From Chiloscyllium plagiosum (Eukaryota): 45,917 nucleotides of DNA. The DNA lies in contig NC_057754.1 of NCBI RefSeq assembly GCF_004010195.1, positions 9,624,445-9,670,361 on the forward strand, written 5' to 3'. The notes beneath the pieces are model-generated. The model saw nothing but the letters and a program-made list of their open reading frames with translations. It was not told the DNA's origin and searched no databases. Below are positions 34,881 through 45,458 of this stretch, one piece after another. Numbering within the stretch: position 1 is the stretch's first letter; each line of letters begins with the position of its first letter. The position numbers were made by a program, and so were the translations under genes.

Positions 34881-35199
34881 ATCTTTTAGAATGGGTTGCA
34901 GGTTTTGATTCATTCATATGTAAATCCCAGAACTTCTTTCAAGTCACATTCCTGAGATAACTTAAGGTTTTATTGAAAAAAGTGAGGTCTCAGCTCAGAC
35001 AATGTGTTCAAGGTGTGAGGATGGAGTCTGTACGTATTCCAATCTTGAGTCAGGCTGGTTCTGTTTGCAAAGTAGGAATTTATAAAATGTCACACGGATT
35101 ATAAAAAATGTTGACTGCCCGTAGATTGTGTGCTTTTTGAACAAAATAAAATGCTCCTGCAAATACAATTCTGCAAATGCAAATTCACCCCATAGACTT

Positions 35200-35366
35200 A
35201 CATGTGTGTGTGTGTGTATGCATGCGTGCATGTATGGCAATGAGTGAGTGTGTGTATATATGGGAGAGGGTGTGAAGGTGTGTGTGTGTAATTGATAGAG
35301 TGTGTGTGTGTGTAATTGATAGAGAGTGTGTGTGTGTGTAATTGATAGAGTGTGTGCGTGAGTGTG
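35200..35366. repeat. Compound (TG)n microsatellite with three TAATTGATAGAG spacers
   Basis: Direct reading. Confidence 0.9.
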
Positions 35367-35624
35367 ATGGATTATTCAATATATCGCATCAGTGTATGGC
35401 ACTATGATCTTTTGCTATAAATTCTGTGTCCTATGATCCTACTCCACCTGATGAAGGAGCAATGCTCTGAAAGCTTATACTTCCATTAAACCTGTTGCAC
35501 TATTACTGCTGTTGTGTGATTTGTCCACCCCAGTCCAACACCGGCACCTCCACATCAAAGTGAATGCTTCACCTTGGACTGACAGGAATGGAGTTTATAA
35601 ACTCCTTTTATGGAGTTGGGCGGG

Positions 35625-35658
35625 TGTGTGTGTGTGTGTGTGTGTGGGGGGGGGGGGG
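35625..35658. repeat. (TG)n plus poly-G
   Basis: Direct reading. Confidence 0.9.
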
Positions 35659-35684
35659 AGTGGTTGTAGAGGGAAGGAGTTATC

Positions 35685-35825
35685 TTCTGCAGAGACACAC
35701 CAAGATAAATAAAAACTCAGGTTTGGCAGCATTTGTGGAGAGAAAAACTGTGTTAATGCCTTAATAGACAAAGAATTTGGACTAGAAATGGTAACTTTCT
35801 TTCCACAGATGCGCCTGAAACTTTT
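35685..35825. mobile_element. Degenerate Penelope-like family D fold-back
   Basis: AAACTCAGGTTTGGCAGCATTTGTGGAGAGAAA..GTTAATG then GAAATGGTAACTTTCTTTCCACAGATGC. Confidence 0.55.
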
Positions 35826-35827
35826 TA

Positions 35828-36085
35828 TGACTCATTCATGACGGCATGTTGACAGCTAAGCCAGCAATTAATGCCCATCCCTAATTGTCCAGAGGGCAGG
35901 TAAAAGTCAACCGCGTCACTATGTGGTCTGCAGTCACATGTAGGCCAAATCAGGTAAGGATGGCAGTTTCCTTCCCTAGAGGTCAATAAAAAAACTGGTG
36001 GGGGGTTTCCAACAATTGATAATGGTTTTATGGTCATCATTAAACTCTTAATTTTTTTCTTGACTTCAAATTCTACCAGCGATAG
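35828..36085 (-). mobile_element. SINE-like repeat of a second family (also at ~7710-7952)
   Basis: Shares AGTCACAYGTAGGC..CAG.TAAG and ATGG.CA.CAT with the 7.7-kb copy; minus strand ends CAATTAGGGATGGGCA..ATGAATGA. Confidence 0.6.
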
Positions 36086-36349
36086 CACAAACAAATTGAT
36101 GAGATGACAAAGTCAGGAAATTAAGGTGAAGAAGGAAATTATACGTGTGACAAAAATCAGGTTGATAATTCAGATGCTGAATTTGGAGGGTTCAGGGGTT
36201 CAGGAGAAACAGAGTATGTAAAGACTGGAAACTAATGTTGAAGTTGATCAAAAAGTCTTCTCTCGGTACGTAAAACGTAAAAAGTGGTAAAAGGAGCAGT
36301 GAGTCGAATTGGGAACTGAAAAGGAAGCAGAGGGCATGACTGATGTATT

Positions 36350-36665
36350 AATTAGATTGGATTACTTACAGTGTGGAAACAGGCCCTTCGGCCCAACAAG
36401 TCCACACCGACCCGCCAAAGCGCAACGAACCCAGACCCATTCCCCTACATTTACCCCTTCACCTACCACTACGGGCAATTTAGCATGGCCAATTCACCCT
36501 AACCTGCACATCTTTGGGACTGTGGGAGGAAACCGGAGCACCCGGAAAAAAACCCACGCAGACACGGGGAGAACGTGCAAACTCCACACAGTCAGTCGCC
36601 CGAGGCTGGAATTGAACCCGGGTCTCTGACACTGTGAGGCAGCAGTGCTGACCACTGTGCCGCCC
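36350..36665 (-). mobile_element. HE1 SINE
   Basis: Full length, young subfamily. Confidence 0.9.
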
Positions 36666-37368
36666 CCTAAATATGGATTTTGACTCGAACTTTGTCAAGG
36701 AAGAAGATGCTATGCAGGCCACAGTGAAAGAGGAGGAAATTCAGGTACCTGGAGTGTTTAAAATTGATAAGGAGGAGACATTGGATAGGATGTGCATAAA
36801 AGTTAATAAGGCATCAGGAACATATAAAATGAATCCAGTGTAACTGGGGTAAGTGAGAGTGAAAATTGGGTAGGCAATAGCTGTAATTTTCTAATTTTCA
36901 TTGGACTTGAGGGCAGTGACAGGTCGTTTCAAAAGATGGGGTAAAGATTAGGTCAGTAAAACAGGCGAGTCGGTTGAACTTGGTGCTGGGGAAACCTCCC
37001 GAACCAATAATTCAGAACAAACACGTGTTAATTAAGGAAAGCTAGCTTGATTTTGTTCCAGGATAATCATATTTAACTACCCTGCTTACAGTTTTTTGAT
37101 GGGAGAGCAAAGATTCAAGGTGATGTTGCTGATGTGCTTTTTGTAAACTTGCAAAATGTATTTGGTTAAATGCCATGCAACAGACTCTTGAGCAATGTTA
37201 GAACTCGAATAAAAGGGATGGCAGCAAGTTGAATAAGAAATTGACTGGAACACAGGGGAAAGAGATCGTTCGTTATTTGATAATTAGGCTGCAGGAAAGT
37301 GGAGTTACTACTGAAGTTAGTAGTAGAGTTCTTTTCCTGATTTACATAAATGAACTTGATGCAATTGA

Positions 37369-37558
37369 AGCAGAGGAGAAACTCAGCAGGTCTGGCAGCA
37401 CCTGTGGAAGGGAAACCGCAATTAATGTTTAAAGTCTAGTACCAGGCTCAAAACTGTAACTCTGTTTCTCTCCACCGGTGCTGGCAGATAAGATGAATTT
37501 TTCCAGCACTGTCAGCCCTTGTTTCTCTTTCCAGTATCTGCAGTTCTTTGTTATATTT
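37369..37558. mobile_element. Penelope-like family D fold-back with 13-bp TSD
   Basis: TTGATGCAATTGA 37356-37368 and TGGATGGAATTGA 37559-37571; arms GGTCTGGCAGCACCTGTGGA and TCCACCGGTGCTGGCAGA. Confidence 0.7.
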
Positions 37559-37607
37559 TGGATGGAATTGACCTTTGTGTACAGGGGACAGTTTTACATT
37601 TTGCCAT

Positions 37608-37714
37608 GATTTGGAGGAGCCGGTGTTGGATTGGGGTGGACAAAGTTAAAAAATCACACAACACCAGGTTATCGTCCAGCAGGTTTAAACCTGTTATTGT
37701 GTGATTTATAACTT
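37608..37714. mobile_element. Short Penelope-like family B fold-back
   Basis: AAATCACACAACACCAGG..CAGGTTTAAACCTG..TTGTGTGATTT; flanks ATTTTGCCATGATT and ATTTTGCATAATT. Confidence 0.7.
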
Positions 37715-37784
37715 CAAATTTTGCATAATTTTAGATGAGCTCAGACTGGAGTTTCTTTGAAGTAATGTTGATGTGCTTCTTTGT

Positions 37785-38092
37785 GGGCGGCACGGTGGCA
37801 CAGTGGTTAGCACTGCTGCCTCACAGCGCCTGAGACCTGGGTTCAATTCCTGCCTCAGGCGACTGACTGTGTGGAGTTTGCACGTTCTCCCCGTGTCTGC
37901 GTGGGTTTCCTTCGGGTGCTCCGGTTTCCTCCCACAGTCCAAAGATGTGCAGGGTCAGGTGAATTGGCCGTGCTAAATTGCCCGTAGTGTTAGGTAAGGG
38001 GTAAATGTAGGGGTATGGGTGGGTTTCGCTTCGGCGGGTCGGTGTGGATTGTTGGGCCGAAGGGCCTGTTTCCCCACACTGTAATCTAATCT
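37785..38092 (+). mobile_element. Young HE1 SINE
   Basis: GGGCGGCACGGTGGCACAGTGGTTAG head, V-domain, TAATCTAATC tail. Confidence 0.95.
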
Positions 38093-38402
38093 CATCTTAT
38101 CGACAACAATATGTCAGCTTTTTCCACATGCCAGTCCTATGACAGACCAGATTCATTTCACTGAATTTCTCAAACTGCCTTTGTATTTGTGGGTTCTCTC
38201 TCAGTTGTCTTTTTTCTCTTTTAAGTTAGTCTCACAGGGTAAGAGATTTGCAGCCAGGAATCTGAAGCCAAACCCCGTATGGATCTGACACCCAATTTAT
38301 CGCAACCTGAACACCATAGAAAATTTAACATGGAAAAGAAAAAGCTCTGTTCACATTGGAGGGAAACCTTACATGTGTATGTGGGCAAAGCTTCGGCCGA
38401 TC

Positions 38403-38453
38403 TGCTCCTCGGATGCTGCCTGGCCTGCTGTGTTTTTCCAGCACCACATTTTT
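38403..38453 (+). mobile_element. 51-bp Penelope-like family A piece with 17-bp TSD, inside the first zinc finger
   Basis: CAAAGCTTCGGCCGATC at 38386-38402 and 38454-38470. Confidence 0.85.
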
Positions 38454-39081
38454 CAAAGCTTCGGCCGATCACCTGACCTGTCAAAACATAAATGCGACCA
38501 CATCGGGGAGAAGCTGTGGAAATGTGTGGACTGTGGGAAGGGATTCCTCAGACCTGGAAATCCATCAGCACAGTAACACTGGAGAAAGACCATTTACCTG
38601 CTATGTGTGTGGAAAGAGATTCTCTTGTTTTTCGAACCTAGGGAAACAGCTGCGAGTTACCACTGGGGAGAGACCATTCATCTGCTCCATATGTGGGAAA
38701 GGATTCGCCCAAACATCCAACCTGCTGACGCACCAGCGGGTTCACACTGGGGAGAGACCTTTTAAATGCCCAGACTGTAAGAAGTGCTATAAAAGCTCCA
38801 GCAAATTGATGATCCGTCAATGTGTTCACACTGGGGAGAGACCATTCATCTGCTCCATATGTGGGAAGGGATTCACTCAGTCATCCAATGTACTGACACA
38901 TCAACGAATTCATACTGACAAGAGACCTCTTCAATGCCCAGATTGTGGGAAATATTATAAAGGTACTGGGGAACTGTTGAACCAACCACAAATGAGAGAC
39001 CGTTCAGGCACTCACATTGTTGGTCTGGGTTCAGATGTTCATGACAACTCGCTGTACACGAGCAAGTTTATACTAGAGAGA

Positions 39082-39240
39082 GTTAAAAATCACACAACAC
39101 CAGGTTATAGTCTAACAGGTTTAGTTGGAAGGACTAGCTTCAAAAGCTACTGCCTCCAATTAAACCTGTTGGACTATAACCTGATGTTGTGTGATTTTTA
39201 ACTTTGTACACCCCAGTCCAACACTGGCGTCTCCAAATCA
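39082..39240. mobile_element. Penelope-like family B fold-back inserted in an HTGER linker
   Basis: Inverted arms meet at CTAGCTTC|AAAAGCTA; flanks TATACTAGAGAGAG and CATAATGGAGAGAG. Confidence 0.8.
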
Positions 39241-39329
39241 TAATGGAGAGAGGCTGTTCACCTGCTCAGAGTTTGGAGGGGGATTCACTCAGATATCCAC
39301 ACTAGCGAGTTCACACGAAGAGAGATTGT

Positions 39330-39626
39330 TAGATTACTTACAGTGTGGAAACAGGCCCTTCGGCCCAACAAGTCCACACCGCCTCGCCGAAGCGCAACCC
39401 ACCCATACCCCTATATTTACCCCTTACCTAACACTACGGGCAATTTAGCCTGGCCAATTCACCTGACCCGCACATCTTTGGACTGTAGGAGCACCCGGAG
39501 GAAACCCACGCAGATACGGGGAGAACGTGCAAACTCCACACAGTCAGTTGCCCGAGGCGGGAATTGAACCCGGGTCTCTGGCGCTGTGAGGCAGCAGTGC
39601 TAACCACTGTGCCACCATGCCGCCCA
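39330..39626 (-). mobile_element. HE1 SINE inside the zinc-finger array
   Basis: Near full length; finger resumes FTCSKCEKGFAQ after it. Confidence 0.9.
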
Positions 39627-39984
39627 CACGGTGTTTACTTGCTCCAAATGTGAGAAAGGATTTGCTCAGTAATCCGATCTGCTGACACACCAGCAGGAAG
39701 GAAAGAATAGATCAAAGTTCAATATCCTAGACAGGTAACTACAGTGATTGGATTTTAATCATGTCCAAAACTGAACGATGTTCATTGAGGTCTGTTTCTA
39801 TTGATGTTGATAAACTCCAGCCCCAGTTACATGGGCTAATAATGTGGAGAAACACACAATGTATTGAGTCTTGTTAAATTTCTAACACATGCTGGTTCCG
39901 TTTGAAGGATTATCCCTGTTAGGTTTCGATGGGGAAGATGGTCGGGTAAGTTGGAGACCTGCTCCTGGATCTCGGATCAAAGAA

Positions 39985-40227
39985 TGCGTACAGTATGGAG
40001 AGAAGCCATTCGGACCATTGAGTCTGCACTGACACTCTGAAGAGCATCGCACCCAGACTGAGCTCCTACACTATCACCGTAACCCCGCATTTTTACCATA
40101 GCTACAAGCCTGCACATCTCTAGCCACTATGTACAATTTAGGGTAGCTAATCTGCCCAACCTGTGACTGTGGGAGGAAGTTGGAGCACCTGGCCAAAACC
40201 CATGCAGATGTGGAGAACATGCGGACT

Positions 40228-40267
<40 letters not shown>

Positions 40268-40312
40268 ACAGTCACAAACTGGGGTCCCAGGTGCTGTGAG
40301 GCAGCTGTGCTG
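39985..40312 (-). mobile_element. Degenerate HE1-like SINE with (CA)n expansion at ~40229-40270
   Basis: GACTGTGGGAGGAA..GGAGCACC..CTCCACAC(AC)n..GCTGTGAGGCAGC. Confidence 0.75.
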
Positions 40313-40419
40313 TCCCCAACCTGCTCTTGGTTAAAGCAGCAATTTGAAGATCTATGAAGTCTGGAGTCCGTGATGGGACACGCCAGCTGAACAGAAGAAG
40401 TCGCTGCAGGAGTGGGGTG

Positions 40420-40650
40420 GGCCTGGTGGCTCAGTGGTTAGCACTGCTGCCTCACAGCGCCAGGGACCCAGGTTCGATTCCAGCCTCGGGCGACTGTCTG
40501 TGTGGCGTTTGCGCCGGTTTCCTCAAACAATCCAAGGATGTGCAGGTTAGGTGAATTGGCCATGCTAAATTGCCCGTAGTGTTCAGGGATGTGCTGGCTA
40601 GATGGTTTAACCACTGGAAATGTGGGAATATGGGGATAGGGTAGGGGTTG
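40420..40650 (+). mobile_element. HE1 SINE with an internal deletion
   Basis: A and B boxes intact, V-domain shortened. Confidence 0.85.
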
Positions 40651-40767
40651 ATTAAAAGTATCTGCAAGGTCTAATTATGGAGAAAAGAATGATGGAGTTT
40701 TTATTAACACATTTCAGAATAATAGCAGTCTTTTGTTTGGGGAATACCAGATGTGAGTGTACCTTTG

Positions 40768-40870
40768 GGCTGTTGTGGTTGTGTCCCTGCCTCTGGGTCA
40801 GAAGGTTCAGCTTCAGGTTCGACTGTCCCAGAACTGTGCCTTAAACTGTCTCAAATTGATTGAAAAATAT
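40768..40870 (+). mobile_element. Short degenerate tRNA-derived SINE-like repeat
   Basis: TGTGGTTGTGTCCCTGCCTCTGGG..GGTTC head; 3' part CCAGAA.TGTG..TTGATT..AAAAATA recurs at ~44444-44490. Confidence 0.4.
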
Positions 40871-41059
40871 GTACAATATCAAATTGATGCAATAAAGTGA
40901 TTGTGTTGGTGATTGTATCAATATTGTCATGTTGCAGTATTTCATTCCCCTGGAGAGTTCCATTATTTGTCATTTCTGCATATCTCAAAGCTTGCTTTTT
41001 CAGCTCCAAAATGAATCTGCCTTGTTAAAACTGAAGTTTCAACATGAAACAAAACTCAC

Positions 41060-42220
41060 GATAAGACCATAGAATCTTGAAGTAGAATTATGCCATTCGG
41101 CCTATCGAATGCTCCACCATTTGATTCTGGCTGATATGTTTCTCAACCCCATTCTCCTGCCTTCTCCCTTTAATCAATAACCTTTCTATTATCTCTTAAA
41201 TATGCCCAATGGCTTGGCCCCCATAGCCTATTGTGGCCATGAGTTTCACAGATTCACCACCTTCTGGCTGAAGAAATTTATGGTGACTCAGCGGTTAGCA
41301 CCGCTGTCTCACAGCACTAGGGACCCAGGTTCAATTCCAGCCTTGGGCAACTGTCTGTGTGGCGTTTGCACATTCTCCCTGTGTCTGTGTGCGTTTCCTC
41401 CCACAAGATGTGTAGGTTAGGGTGGATTGGCTATGCTAAATTGCCCATAGTGTTCAGGGATATGTAGGTTGGGTGAATTGGCCGTGGGAAATAGATAGGG
41501 TAGGGGGCAAATCTGGGTTGGATGCTCTTCAGACAGTCAGCATGGACTTGCTGGACCGAATGACTGTAGGGATTCTTAAAATAAATGCTCCGTTATCTCA
41601 ATTCTAAAGAGTTGTCCCTTCACTATGAGGCTGTACGCTCAGATCCTAGACTTTCGTAATAATGGAAATTTCTTCCCCACATCCACTCTATCTAAGCCTT
41701 TCAGTATTCTGCAAGGTTCAATCAAATCCCCTGCTCATCCTTCTAAACTCCATTGCATACAGACCCAGTGACCACTACTGCACCTCATATGACACACCTT
41801 TCATCCCTGGAATCATTCTTGCAAACCCTCAATGGACCCTCCAATGTCAGCACGTCCTTAGACACGGGGCCCAAACCTGCTGACAGTATTCAAATACGGC
41901 CTGACTAGAGCCTCAGTAGTACTCTGCTTTTGAATTCCAGCCCTCTGGAAATGAATGCTCGCATTGCATTTGCCTTCCTAACTGCTAATTGAAACTGTAA
42001 CCTTAACAGAATCCTGTACTAGGACTCCTAAGTCCCTTTATGCTTCAGATGTCCGAAGTCTTTCCCCATTTAGAAAATAGTTTGTGCCTCTAGTCTTCCT
42101 ACCAAAGTACATAACCTCTCTCTTTCCCACATTTTATTCCACCTGCTATTTTTCCCATTCTCCTAGCTTGTCCAATTCCTTCTGCAAACTCATTGCTTCT
42201 TCAACACTACCTGTTCCTCC
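41060..42220 (-). mobile_element. Old CR1 3' region containing an HE1 (~41281-41576, +)
   Basis: CR1 tail GAAGTAGAATTA.GCCATTCGGCC..; ACAGATTCACCAC; HE1 head at 41281. Confidence 0.75.
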
Positions 42221-42329
42221 ACACAGACTATTTAAGAATACCATCTGAATAAAACCTTTGAGATTTAGTTTGCCACACTATTTTCCAAGAGATTATTATA
42301 TATTTGAAAAGGAATTTCAGGTATTCTGT

Positions 42330-42960
42330 GAACATAGGACTGGGAGAAGGCCATTTTGCCTGTTGAACCTGCCCTGCCATTCAGTATTGTAGCTGATTGA
42401 ATACATCATTGCCTGTATTCCCCCATCCCTTTGTCTGCGTGCGATCGGTTATCAGAAATCTATCACTTTCTACCTTAAACATACTTAAATACTGAGTTTC
42501 CACATCCCTCTATGGTAGAGAACTCCACAGGTTCACAACCCTCTGAGTAAAAAAGAATGCTACCCATCTTGGACGTAACGGTGGCACAGTGGTTAGCACT
42601 GCTGCCTCACAGCACCAGAGATCCAGGTTCAATTCTCGCCTCAGGCGACTAACTGTGTGGAGTTTGCATGTTGTCTGCGTGGGTTTCCTCCGGGTGCTCC
42701 GGTTTCCTCCCACAGTCCAAAGATGTGCGGGTCAGGTGAATCGGCCATGCTAAATTGCCCGTAGTGTTAGGTAAGGGGTAAACGTAAGGGTGTGGGTGGG
42801 TTGCGCTTCGGCGGGGCGGTGTGGACTTGTTGGGCCTAAGGGCCTGTTTCCACACTGTAATGTAATCTAATCTAATTGGCATCTCCCTTTTTATTAAATT
42901 GTGCCAAGTGGTTCTAGATTCCCAACCAGGGGAAACATCTTACCTTCATCTATCCTGTCC
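42330..42960 (-). mobile_element. CR1 3' tail containing a young HE1 (42578-42875, +)
   Basis: FFTQRVVNLWSSLP on the minus strand; near-complete HE1. Confidence 0.8.
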
Positions 42961-42969
42961 ATACATTAA

Positions 42970-44060
42970 GCAGATAAGAGCTAGGAGCAGGAGTAGGCCA
43001 TCCGGTCCATTGAGCCTGCTCCGCCATTCAATAAGATCATGGCTGATCTCTTCATGGACTCAGCTCCACTTACCCTTAAGTCCTTTACTGTTATAACTAT
43101 CCTTGTCTTAAAAAAAACATTCAATGAGGAAGCCTCAACTACTTCACTGGGCAGAGAATTCCACAGATTCACAACCCTTTGGGTGAAGAAGTTCCTTCTC
43201 AATTCAGTCCTAAATCTGCTTCCCTTTCTTTTGAGGCTATGCCCCCTCGTTCATGGAAACTTTGTAAGTTTCAATGTGGTCATCTTTTTTTTATAAGAAT
43301 ACAGACCCACTTTTCACAATCTCTCTTCATAGGATGATCCTGCCATCCTGGGTCAAATCCAGTCAACCTTGGTTGCATTCCCACTCTGGCATTATTATCT
43401 TTCCTGGGATGAGATCAAACCTGCACACGATACTCCAGGTGCAGTTTAACCAAGCTGCTATTCAATTAAAGCACTATTCCTGGCTCAAATCCTTTTGCGA
43501 TCCCAGTAGCTTGCTGCATGTTAGCCTTCAGTGACTTATTGACAAACACAACTGGATCTCTTTGTACATGAACACTTGCAACGTCTTACCATTTCTGAAA
43601 TACTCGTACGCATCTATTTCTTCAAAGTGGATAACCTCACATTTTTGCAAATTACATTCCATCTTCCATGTTCTTGTCCATTCACTAAGCCTGCCCAAAT
43701 TGTCCCGAAACCGCTTTCTATCTTCCTCACAACACACATTCTCAATTGGCTTTATAACACCTGAACACTTGGAAATGTTACATTTAATCCCAAGTTCCAA
43801 GTCATTGATACATGTTGTGAACAGCTGGGGCCCAAGAATTGATCCAAGTTAATCAAACATGATTTCTCATTAGCAGATCTATGCTGACTCTGCCCAATTA
43901 GATCATTATCACATCTATCCAGGTGTCTATTTATTTCAAAATTTATAATAGATTCTAGCATTTTCCCCATTGCTGATGTAATGCTAACAGGTCTGTAGTT
44001 GCTTGTCTTCTCTCCTGCTCCCTGAAGTAATGGAATCATGTTTGCTATGTTCCAATCTGT
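42970..44060 (-). mobile_element. CR1 remnant with internal deletions
   Basis: RRNFFTQRVVNLWNSLP, KCEVIHF, SNYRPVSITS. Confidence 0.85.
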
Positions 44061-44599
44061 TTCTTCGTGCTTAACTAATTCCATTCATACATGTTTAGTG
44101 TACAAAACTTGCGATCTTAGTTTGCCTCCCAATCAGAAAATATGTCTCTTGTAAAATGTGAATGAGTCTCTCTTCAGATCTGTGTCGATTAATACAATAT
44201 GAAATCTAAAACTGAGCTGTGCAGATATTCTCGGTTGAATTCTGTCTGCCAAACTGGATGATTTCAGTCAGCTTGACAATTAAACTGGCTTCAGCGCCCT
44301 GGATCCGGGAGGGGAAAACTTCAACACAGGACAGTGATGTGCTGGAGATTTCATATACCCAGATATGAAATAACATCATAACTGGGTTGGCTACTTCTGC
44401 AGACATGGTAAACACTGGTCCCCATTGAATTGTATCCCTTAGCTCCAGAAGTGTGTCATAACGTCTCTGAATAGGTTGATTTAAAAAATAATCTAGCCGT
44501 CATTCCTTTCAGGATGGTCAAGGAAAACAACACACTGTCACCTGTGTGAACCAAAATGTGAGTGTCATTGCTGCCTGTAGCAGAGAAAGAGACAGAGCT

Positions 44600-45362
44600 A
44601 CAGCAATGTGCGACTCTCAACTGCCCTCTGAAGTGACTTGGTAATTCAGTTGTATCAATTGCAATGAAGTCTCAACAAAGCAATGAAACCGGTTGGACAA
44701 CCGGTTTCAGCACTGCAAATGGTAACGGAAAAAACAGCCCGGTCTATCCTGCAAAGTCCTCTGTATTAATATCTGGGGCAGGGAGGTGCTAGTGCCAAAC
44801 TGGGGGGGACTGTCCCACAGACTAGTCAAACAACAACAGCCTGACATTGTCCGTAAGGTATGATTCCACAAGTATGACTACGTCCCAGGCATCACTATCA
44901 CCATCCCTGAAGATGTCCGGTCCCACCAGCAGGACAGATCCAGGAGAGGTGGTGTCACAGTGGGATACAGACAGGAGGGAATTGCTCTGACAGCCCTCAA
45001 CATTGACCCTGTTAAGTCTCGGGGCATCAGGTTAAACAAACACATGGAAACTCAGCTGTTGAATCACTACATATTGAACAACACTTGGAGGAAGCACTGA
45101 GCATGGCAAGGGTGCAAAATGTATTCAGGTTGGGGGGATTTCAATGTCCACCACCAAGAGTAGTTCGGCAGCAGCATTATTGAGCTGCTAGACTGGGTCT
45201 GCAGTAGGTGGGGAGGGAAAACACACTTGACCTCATCCTCACTGCGTATGTCCATGACAGTATCGGTAAGAGTGACCACCACCTTCCTTGTGGAGATAAC
45301 AATTAGCCTTCACATTGAGAATATGCGCCATTGTGTTGTAACGCATTATCACTGTGCTAAAT
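44600..45362 (+). mobile_element. Non-LTR retrotransposon 5' region with an AP-endonuclease remnant, clade unassigned
   Basis: LVPNWG.LSHRLVKQQQPDIV, ITIPEDVRSHQQDRSRRGGVTV, GDFNVHHQE, LDLILT, IGKSDH. Confidence 0.75.
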
Positions 45363-45458
45363 GGGTGTAGATCTGCACAGATCATTGAAGGTAGCAGGAC
45401 AGGTTGGGAGACTAGTTCATAAAGCGTACAATGCTCTCAGCTTTATTAATAGCGCACA

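Larger units (their letters stand above)
31690..35557. mobile_element. Penelope-like family B element (outer copy), interrupted at 31892-34880
   Basis: Minus arm 31690-31891 resumes at 34881 (ATCCTTTAGAAT / ATCTTTTAGAAT); plus arm ~35375-35557 with CAC-CTGATGA-A-GGAGC-AAT-GCTCT-GAAA-GC at 35445-35474. Confidence 0.7.
36100..37605 (+). mobile_element. Very old CR1 ORF2 remnant with several insertions
   Basis: Degenerate EAEGMTDVL, KIDKEETLDRM, LIKES, LFLIYINELD motifs. Confidence 0.6.
38238..39700 (+). pseudogene. C2H2 zinc-finger gene (finger exon), disrupted
   Basis: Acceptor CTCACAG|G at 38237/38238, ATG 38330; tandem fingers such as CSICGKGFAQTSNLLTHQRVHTGERPF; frameshifts and three TE insertions (38403, 39082, 39330). 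Confidence 0.9.

Noticed and set aside
35200..35366. Repeat-spacer pattern resembling a CRISPR array
   Set aside because: The spacers are (TG)n microsatellite, the context is vertebrate and there are no cas genes.
37785..37860. tRNA-like sequence with A and B boxes, also in other copies
   Set aside because: It is the head of an HE1 SINE, continuing into V-domain and LINE tail, not a tRNA gene.
38356..39201. 281-aa ZNF ORF as a functional gene
   Set aside because: It starts at a non-ATG codon, runs through TE insertions at both ends and has several broken fingers; treated as a pseudogene.
44169..44180. TCTCTTCAGATC match to the U5 snRNA 5' region
   Set aside because: Only 12 nt; the loop I and Sm site do not follow.
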